A stretch of DNA of 64,000 nucleotides, taken from NCBI RefSeq assembly GCF_018350175.1, contig NC_058368.1, positions 145,144,001 to 145,208,000 on the forward strand, read 5' to 3'. Under the pieces are notes generated by a model. The model was not told where the DNA came from and searched no databases. It was given only the letters and a program-made list of their open reading frames with translations. How positions within the stretch are numbered: position 1 is the stretch's first letter; each line of letters opens with the position of its first letter. Positions 12,371 through 21,590 of the stretch are shown here, in pieces. This DNA is from Felis catus. Its lineage: Eukaryota. The position numbers and the translations under genes were made by a program.

Positions 12371-15300
12371 AAACTATAATAGGTATTAAAACTGTCTTAT
12401 ACTTACAATTACAAAAAAATCCTTAAAAATAGGGAAAAAAGGATAAAATATTATACATCAGTCTCTACAATTTTTTCTGTGCCGAACTATTTATATGATA
12501 TTCCATGAAGCAAAATTAATGCAGATCAAAAACAGGAGATTGCCAGGTCATTGGTTCAAGCTCACTCCAGCTGAATTGTGATGTGAAATGCTATGATGGC
12601 TCATTACTGCTGGAAAGCTGTTTAGGTCCTAAATGAAATAGAATCATCAAAATTCTTAAAGTAAAATGTGAGAGTAGTTTCGTGACTACTAAAAGTGACA
12701 CCAACTGAAGTTTCTCTTTTAAAGATGAACAAGAAATGAATTATTAATTCTTTCATTGCGTCGGAACTGTCCAGGTGCTTCTGAGTCCAGATAAATTTTT
12801 AGTTGTGTCAATATTCCAATAACATTATTAGCTCCACTTTTCAAAAATCTTTAACTATTAACTTACTCTAACAAAAATTACCAGTTACCCATTATGACCA
12901 ACCATAAATTTGGACAGCCTGCAAAGCTATTAAAAGTCACCTGGAAAAACCCTATTATTCCCTGGCTGGATCATTTTTCCACCTGTTTTTCAATGTCCTC
13001 ACACAGTGAATAAGATAAACAGTTTGGGGGAGGTAAGAATAGCTTCTACTATTACTCTACCATTACTGAAAACAAGACATAAATTTTGATGGACCACTCT
13101 TCAGATCATTTTGGTAGTACACATAGGATTTTGGTATAACAGTCAAATAACTTTCACAGTCCTAGTCATATGAAGTTATACACAGATGTTAACAAAACCT
13201 TACATAAATAGATGCTAAATATGTAAAATATATACAAAATTGGGTAAGTAAATTTTAAAATCTAAATCCAAGCAGTTATTTTTTATTCCAAACTCCCTTC
13301 AGGTATTAACAAATATATCTTATTCTATTGCTCCAATGCTATTTTAAGTCCTTCCCTAGGGAAACAATAAGTTATTAATAAAATTAATATTTTAGCATGT
13401 TTACAGAGGTTCACATATTACAATTACAAACTAACGTCACCAGCATGCAAATGTTTCATCATTCCCATACCAATGTCAAAGCAATAATGTACATTACCCT
13501 AGTAGAGAATATCACTACATATTTCAAAAATAAAATTATAATTATCTTCAATACATATTTTTAAGCTATATATTCTGAGAAGTACGATCATGTCTTCTAA
13601 ATCCAGTACATTAACCCTCAATCCTAAGCCCCAACATTAATGTAACAGTTGTGATCTCTATGGAAAAAAAAGATTCTAAATTCAAAATTATTTTTTCCCA
13701 AAGTTTACTTTTAACTCTAACCTATTGGGTTGAAATGTTAATAAACCACAACCCAGGTATTTCAACCCCTACCCACAGAATGTGTTTTAATTTTAAAACA
13801 ACATAATTCTCTTTTCTAGTAATAATTAAGAATGTGAGACACATTTGGTCCACTACTGCAGAGCAACTAAAATTTAATGATGTTTTCATCCTGATTTGGT
13901 TTTATATGGCGAACTGGTTCTAAAGACTGGGAATAAACTTTTCACATTGCAGTGAAAACATACATTACAACATTAATACTATTTCTAAGAGCCAAAATAA
14001 ATTTCTGGATAAACAATACTAAATTTTAACTCTCAACATCTTACATATTTTTTTCTTTAGGTTTGTTCCTTCAAAAATTGGTTTTTAGATTTTCCTACAA
14101 TAATGGAAAAGAGATCAATCAAAAGAAAAATTCTCATAGGTATCTGGAAGAAACATCCTGAGGATTGGGAAGGGGGAGTCAATAAAATACAGAAAATTTC
14201 ATTCCCCAAAAGGCTTGATTGAACTATGTTAACTGCCCATCAATCAAGTTTCTGAAGAGATTTGTATAACTTCACTTGTCTTAACTTTATTTGTCAGAAA
14301 GGAAGAAAGAAAAAAAAAGTTTATAATTTTTTTAGGGGAGTAACAAAAAAAAAAAGAGGGGAATAAAATGATGCTGGCAGATACTAACTCCCATAAACAC
14401 TTCACTATATGGAGCAGTATTTAAATGTTCATTAGACTTTAACCACTTAAAAATGAGCATATGGTACTTGTTTCTTGGTATATTCAACTAAAAAAAGATT
14501 CATAATTGAAAAACCAAAGTTACTTTTCAGGCAGAGACTCAGGTTAGATGCATAGTTTGATTTCTGTAGTTTCTCAAAAGTTTACTTAATATGATGTCAT
14601 TGTTTGGTATGTGCATCTTATGTTCAACTTTGCTTTATAGAAGATTCATCTCTGTTCTATTATATAATATTATAAGATAAAATTAGTTTACGAAGAGAGT
14701 AGTATCACTACTCATCTATTTACAGGTGCCAGTTATTCTTTTAGTGGCAATGTGGCATACAGTGGGGCTTAAAGTTCAGTAACATTTCATACACCAATTG
14801 TTCACAGCTACAATGTCTTATCTCAAAACTTGAATGGTAAAACAAAATTCCTAGATGAAAAAAAAAAAAATGAACAAGCATCTTTCATTATTTTAGGTTT
14901 CCAACTTTTTACTCTTAAAATTTCTATGCCTTGCCCACAGTCTGTTAAAATGGAAGTTATAAGCATCAAGGTGCACCTAAGGTTGAGAATTCATATGTGA
15001 TTAAATTTCTAAAGTGTGTTATATATGATTATGTAATACTGTTCTCTAAACCTGTAGCATCCTACCCTAGATCAGGAAGGCAATCTGGTACACTGAAAAA
15101 TGTATCTTTCAGCTTTAACCACAGGTTCTAAAGTTAGAGAAATCGTTGTTGGAAATCCTACTAGCAGTGTGTCCCTGGGTCTTCTTATTTAATTAAAAAC
15201 AAAACAAAACAAAAAACACTACTATGTTGCAGAATTGTTGGGAGAATTAGAGAAAATATACAAAAAGCGCCAAGCACAGTGACAGGCACATAGAATAAGA

Positions 15301-16739
15301 AATAAATAATAATTACTGTTTTGCTGCCACTGGCTATTTTTGAAATACAACTAACCTAGAGAATGTGGAACTCAAACTTTCAAAGTCCCTATTTTGGAGG
15401 TCACTGAAATAATTTTTTTTTTTCCACACTGAAAGAAATTCCTGTGAGTCTAACATCTTCATTTATTCAACAGTATTTATTTGGTGCTTCAGACATATGA
15501 AAGCATTATTCTTAATGTCAAGGATACCTCAGAGAAGAAATTAGAAGCATCATACCTTGCCCTCAAAAAACTTACATTTTAGAGGAAGCCAGACATTAGG
15601 CAAGCAATTACATAGTTACTTAATTACAATTGTGATCAGTGTTACAAAGAAAGCCTGCTAAAGTGGGAAATGACCTAACAGGATCAGAATTTAAATTTCT
15701 ATACAAACATCCCACCTCCCACCAAGGGTTTTCAATCACTCCATCTACAATTAAGCCTAATCAAAATCTTTGTATAGACATGATCTGTCCCATCTTTAAA
15801 ACAACAAAATAAACAATTAACCTGACTCTGGCCATTTTTATGTTCAGAACTATATACTGAAACTATACCTGCTATATAAAACCTACAAATTAATTTCAAG
15901 TATTCCACATAGTGGGTTCTTAATGAAAGAGAAAGCAAAGATACAATAAGCAGTTGTCAGCTATCAGGCCATGAACTCATTAGAAAATGCATTTCCTGAC
16001 ACATTACAAAACCAGTATTTTCATATACATCCCATTATTCATTTTAACTCATTTTTAGAATGTTTTTATTAAAATACTTACATATTTATTACTGAAAAAC
16101 AAATTATGTCTGTGATTTTTAAGATCAGAACAATTCTAATTTCCTTACTAAAAGAGAACTCTTCTTTGCTCAGGTACCTTTTAAATATGCCACTTTATGT
16201 TTTATTTTTAATCTGGTAATATCCACTTTAAAGACAACTTGAAGATTCTTATCTTCAGAAGTTAGCACACTGTTGTAGAACAGTGCCATTAAAGTCCCAA
16301 GTGAATAATAATAAAGGGGAAAACTGAGAGATCAAATCAATGCTCTCATCAAAATGAAACTAAGTTTATTGTATGAAATAGAATCTACCTCAATGTTTGT
16401 CTTAGATTTAAACAGCGTTCACCCAGAAATTAATGCAACAACAATGAACTCAGAGCAGTCATTGTCAGTTCCCCAAAAGTGGCCTCTTCATCTATATATA
16501 GTTCATAAGGCAAGCTAGTCCAGGATTCCTGCTGCCAATTGTAATGAATGGAAGAAACATATTTAAATCAAATAGCACCATCTAGCAGAACCCTCACCAC
16601 TTTGCTTACAAGAGTAGATGTTACTTGGTGTTCAGTTTGGTAGATTGGACAGCAAAAGCGGCAATTATTTTTCATGGCAGAATCACAGAATTAGGCTAGA
16701 AAGGACCACAAATACGTTACATTCTCATTTTTATCTCAG

Positions 16740-16743
<4 letters not shown>

Positions 16744-16791
<48 letters not shown>

Positions 16792-16797
16792 TTTTTA
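16744..16797. repeat. (AT)n followed by a poly-T run
   Basis: Directly visible. Confidence 0.95.
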
Positions 16798-18827
16798 CAA
16801 AGTTATCAGGATACAGATTAGATTCAACTATTCCTGGAAACCTAACTGAAATCCAACATTACTTTGACTCTGAAATTCAACCACCCCGAAAGGTCTCAAT
16901 ACAGTTCAATTCCTTCACTCTCAGTAATATGAGATCCCAATAATCTGTAATCATTAAAACATCTTGTTTTTATCTTTTCAGGTCTATTACAACCAAATGA
17001 TTAATGCACATAAATTGGGCTGTTATTTCAAAACTTAAGTTCTAGTAACTGCTATTTCTTAACAAGGCTAGAATACTGTCTTTTGTATTTTTCATGGCAC
17101 ATCAACTAAATTCTAAATCTATCTCCTCAGAAAATACCTCTGGAAAACAAAACAAAACCAGCATCGCTCCGTTAATTTTGTTTGTTTTGCTACATCAAGG
17201 CCTGCCACCCCTAAATCCTACGGGAATTGTGTGTGTTGCTGCCAACATGAAGATTAGGAAACGTTCCCATCCCTAGGGCAAAAGAAACTTTCAGAAGCCT
17301 ACTAACTCCCCAAAGCAAGGAGAGAAACTCGGTCGTCTCAGTTTGGGGTTTTTATTCAGGCAGCTACTTCCGAGCGCAAGGTAACCAAAGTAGCTCTTGA
17401 AAGATGCTCTCAGACTTTTCCCCCAGTCTGAACCCCCACGGAAAGGCAGAGCGCGTTCAATGACAAGGATAAGCCTCAAACCTCAGAGTGGAGGTGGTTA
17501 CTGGGAGTCACTGATCTGCTGCACAGAAAAGAGGGGTTCTTCCTCAGTGGTCACAGTCACTATTCGCTCTCATTTTTAGTAACAACCAAATCACCGTTAC
17601 AAGTACGTAAGAATAGCAGCAAACAGCCCTGCTTCGCAGTGTGCCGTGACGGTGGCATCCCGGGACGGGAGGGGCTCTCTTCTCGCAGGCCTCCTCTGGG
17701 CTCCCACCGGAGTTAACACCTGTGTCTCCCCACTCAACGCTTCTCCCCTTCCGGCAAATCCCTTTTCGGACCACTGCTCCTAGCGCACCCCCAGACAAAC
17801 CTCCTCCCGCCGGCCGCTGCAGCTCACACAACTCCCACTCCACGCGCCCCACGACCACCGCCCCTCGGGGGCCGCCCCGCCCGGTGCCGAGGCAGCCGCG
17901 GCCCCCAGACGTTTGGGAGGGAGGCGGCAAGTCTCCAAAAAAAGTTCTCCAGCCGCCGCCACGGACTTGGGTCTGCTGCGACAGGCAGAAACACCAGCCT
18001 GCTCCAGCAGATCCCGCTCCTCGCCAGCACACTTTTCCTCCCCCAAGAACTCGGTCCTTCTTAGTCTCCCAAACTTCAGCGGCGCCCGACCACCCCGGTC
18101 CCGCTAGGCACGGGGCACCACGAACGCCCAGTCCCTCCGCGGGCTGGAAAAAGCCCGGACGCCCACCCAGCCCACGCCCGCACACGCCCTCCGCGCCCAG
18201 CGCGCGTCTCCGCGCCCCGCGGGGCCCCGCTCGGTCGCTCCGCGCCCGGCTTCCGCCCGCCGCGCGCCCGGCACCGCCGCCCTCGACTCGTCCGGCGATC
18301 CCGGCCCCAAATCCCGGCGCCGGAGCCCCGGCCGCAGCGCCCCTCGCGCTGCCTCCCCGACCCCAGCCCGCCGCTCCAAACACCCACATTCCCACCGCGA
18401 GCCCTCCTCCACGCAGCTGCCCCCTCCCGCCCCCTCCGCGACCCTCGGCAGCGCTCTGGGTCCCCGCAGCCCCGGACCCCAGCTCTAAAGTTACTTTGTG
18501 AGGAGGTGAACCCGTAGGTTATTTCCCCCAATCACCCAAACAAGTTTCCGTCCTCGGCACCAGCACCGCCACCGCCCCCCAGCACACTCGTTCCCTCCCG
18601 CCGGCAGCCCCCCAAGGCCGCCCGCCCCGCGCGAGCACCTCCTGGGAAACAGCCGCTCCCCGCACCGCACGCCCCCACCTCGCGTACCCCTCCCCCTGCC
18701 AGCCCACCCCCGGCTCTCCCCGGGCGGAGAGTGTCTGGGTCTGTGTGTCTCCAAGAGAGTGTGCGAGTGCGTGCGTGTGTGTGCGCGCGTGTGAAGGCGG
18801 AGGTGGGTGAGAAGCGGAGACACTTAC

Positions 18828-18889
18828 TTCTCCCGGGCCTGGCTGTCGGACGGGACGGCGCTGCTGTTACTCTTGCCTTTGCCGTACAT
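18828..18889 (-). CDS. SSBP2: Single-stranded DNA-binding protein 2 (SSDP/LDB1 cofactor), first coding exon (62 nt; partial CDS, phase-2 intron follows)
   Basis: The minus strand reads ACAAGC ATG TAC GGC AAA GGC AAG AGT AAC AGC AGC GCC GTC CCG TCC GAC AGC CAG GCC CGG GAG AA|GTAAGT = MYGKGKSNSSAVPSDSQARE(K), the N-terminus of SSBP2 as I recall it. There is an A at -3, a consensus donor at 18827-18822, and the exon lies in a CpG island. Confidence 0.96.
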
Positions 18890-18934
18890 GCTTGTGCCGA
18901 GAGCAGCTCCCACTGTCACGCACCTGTCAACCCA

Positions 18935-18967
18935 TCACAGCCTCCCCGGGAACAGCCCCGTCCCCAT
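18935..18967 (-). other. Candidate uORF MGTGLFPGRL* upstream of the SSBP2 start
   Basis: GTCGCC ATG GGG ACG GGG CTG TTC CCG GGG AGG CTG TGA with an optimal Kozak context. It is a uORF only if the TSS lies upstream of 18967. Confidence 0.5.
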
Positions 18968-18980
18968 GGCGACCCACGCA

Positions 18981-19023
18981 GCCACCCCCACTATTGGCCG
19001 CCCCACGCTAAAGCTCCGCCCCC
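18981..19023 (-). promoter_or_regulatory. Proximal promoter motifs: CACCC box, CCAAT box and two GC boxes
   Basis: ATTGG at 18993-18997 (CCAAT on minus), GTGGGGCGGC at 19006-18997, GGGGGCGGAG at 19023-19014 and GCCACCCCC at 18981-18989. These are motif matches only. Confidence 0.65.
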
Positions 19024-21379
19024 TTCGCCCAGGCAACGCGCGAGACTGACAGGCCTCCTCCTCCCTCCGGCCTTCCGAAGCGCGCGGTGGCGGCTACAGC
19101 CTAAGCGGCAGTCTCCTCCCTCCTTCCCTCCTTCCCGGGTTCCCTCCCTCCTTCCCTCTCCGCTCTCCTCCCTCCTCCCGCTCTCTTTCCCCCCTCCCCC
19201 CTCCGAACCCCGGCGCAAGGGGGGAATTAGAAACTGCTCTAGAAGGATTTTAAACAACTGGCTGTTCTCTCTGCCGCCGCCCCTCCCCCCGCGCCGCCCG
19301 CGCTCGGCTCCTCACTGGAGAGAAGGCGCCGGGAGGAGGGGAAAGTGCGGCCTGGAATCGCTGGTAGGAGCCGGCGGAGCTGGAGCTGTGGCGGCCCCAG
19401 ACTTTGGGGCGCCCGCCGAGTACACAGACAGACATACGGCCCCAGCTTTCGTGGGAGCCCCCACCAGCCCCCTCTCCTGCTCCTCTCCTGTCTGTGACCC
19501 CGCGCCAGTACCCTGGATTGATCTCTACAGCCCCCAGCCGTTCTCCCTGGGGTGTCGACCCCCCTCCCCCGTCCCCCCACCACGCCCTGCTCCCAGAGGG
19601 CCGCAGGCAGGGGACACACGCGCAGTTCCCTGAACCTTCTGTTTGAGCGACCCAGAGCGTCTCGCCTTCCCTCCTGGGTAGAGATTGTCCCTCCCGCCCT
19701 CGGCGGGCGCCGCTGGGGTGGCGTCGCCTCGCCCCCGGGGCCGCACCCTGCTTCCCTGGGGAACACCCTGCCTCAGGCCTGCCTCCCCTCCTTAGAGGTG
19801 AGCCTCCCCCTCCCAAAATGGCCCAGTGATTCCTGGGGACTCACTGGCCCCCTACCCTGTCCCCTGCACGGGACCCTCGAAGCTCTGTGGCACGCCGTGC
19901 AACAGCTCCCTTGCCAAAAATGCTGCAGAAAAGGGCCCCAGGCATTCCCACCTGGCCTGGTTTTCCAGCCTTGGTCGGTGATGCCTACTCATCCTAACCT
20001 TTGAAGTGGAAAGGGCCCCAGAAGGCCTTTAAAGACAGCTCAGCTGTTGTCCATCAGAGTAGGCCCCAACCCTCCTTCAAGGTGTACAAAATTGTGCCAG
20101 AGCTGAAAGGCTGCCTGAGAATATTTCTGGATCAAAGCCCCTAATCCCATTTCAGTAAATGTGCAGAAAGTTTCTGTAACACAATCTGGTTCCCGATAGA
20201 ACTCCATCCTTTATCTTGTGGAGATCCTTGGATGCAAAATCAGAGTGCAAATGGGGTTAGAAAGAAGACATGGGCATCAAATAGGGAGTGACAGAGGAAG
20301 AGGGGTGCAGGTGGGGGTCAGACTGGGGGAAACATCAGGAAAGGGTGAATAGACATGGAACGGCTATGGGAGGGGAGAGGAAATAGGATTTAAATGGGGA
20401 AAGCTACCTTTCTGTTTCTCACAGAGCTTTAAGCTTTTAGTAGTAGGACCCTAAAAATGCTTATGGAGATACAAAGATAAATGGAATGGAAAGAAATGGG
20501 CTTTATGACCAACATCAGCAAGTGATAGAAATGAAACATCAACAGAAGGTTAAGGAAGGGCAGTTAGTAATAAAGAAAGAGACTCAGAAAACAGATTGGC
20601 AACCAAACATAAATCAAAAACTGGGAAAAATGAAGAAGAACCCGCTATTCTAGTGTTAGAGAAGTTTTTTTGTTTTGTTTTTTTAATTGGAAAAGGTAAA
20701 GTGTAAAAAGGTAGGAAAGAAGAATAAAAGAAATAGGATTAAATGAAACCATAGAATATGATAGCAAAAGATGGCAAAAACAATAAAGGACCTAAGTTAC
20801 TATTGAAGGATGCAAGAAAAAGAAAAGTGCTGTTATTAAAAGGACAAAAATCCATCCCATAGAAAAATGAAGAAAGTGAGAAATCACATAGGCTTACGTT
20901 GATTAATTTCCAAGAGAAGTAATTTGCCATTTCTAATTCAAAATCCCCCTTTCTGTTTACAATGAACTATAGTGATCTGGTGGTGGAGACATGACATTCA
21001 TGGACTCAGAAGAACGGAAAGGAGTGATGCTGAGTGAGTAAGTCTCTCTTTTAATGAACTTTTGCTCAAAGTGCTCACATGTGTGTAAGGCTGCCACTCT
21101 TTACAGAGTCTACCTTCAGAGTTAGCATATATAATTTGTTGTTCAGTTATCAACTTTCATTGGCTTTAACCCAGAAAATTAGCATCTCAAAGCTCCATGA
21201 CCCATAGAACACTCCCTATAAGGGACTGCTTTGAGAATGCTGTCAAGGAGTGAGCTATGGCAGCTGCCAATCCATGCCCACACCTGGACTAAGGTAAGGT
21301 TTCCATTAAAGATCAAGAGTGGGCTTTGTACTGTTATCTAAAAACAAATTCGTTATTATCCTTGCACTAGTGTTGGGAT

Positions 21380-21590
21380 TCTCTATGGTTCTCAGTCATG
21401 GCACATTAGAATTGCCCTAAGAGGATTTATTTTTTGTTGGGTTTTGTTGGTTTGGTTTTAAATACAAGTTTCTGGGACATCCCCTGCCCCCCACCCTCAA
21501 CTAACTCTCTCAGAAACTTTGTGGATGAACCCTGGCCTCTGTATTTTTTGTAAGCTCCAAGTGATTCTTATATGTAATTAAGACTACTTA
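21380..21590. mobile_element. MER5-like hAT-Charlie MITE remnant
   Basis: GGTTCTCA...CACATTAGAAT...CTCTGTATTTTTT..AAGCTCCAAGTGATTCT. Confidence 0.6.

Larger units (their letters stand above)
1..18827 (-). other. SSBP2: SSBP2 intron 1 (5' portion; continues beyond the window start)
   Basis: Begins at the GTAAGT donor at 18827. I could not find an exon encoding the expected continuation (LALYVYEYLLHVGAQ...) in 1-18800. Confidence 0.88.
17620..19900. promoter_or_regulatory. SSBP2: CpG island / SSBP2 promoter and first exon region
   Basis: Abrupt change from an AT-rich, CpG-poor background to very GC-rich, CpG-dense sequence surrounding the start codon. Boundaries estimated by eye. Confidence 0.95.

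Noticed and set aside
1..18800. Additional SSBP2 coding exons
   Set aside because: I found no minus-strand segment encoding the expected continuation. Small alternative or non-coding exons cannot be excluded by eye.
17544..20004. Long overlapping ORFs (259, 283 and 300 aa, etc.) across the CpG island
   Set aside because: Pro/Arg/Gly/Ala-rich low-complexity translations occur in several frames on both strands, many with non-ATG starts. This is expected from stop-codon scarcity at high GC, and I recognise no protein in them.
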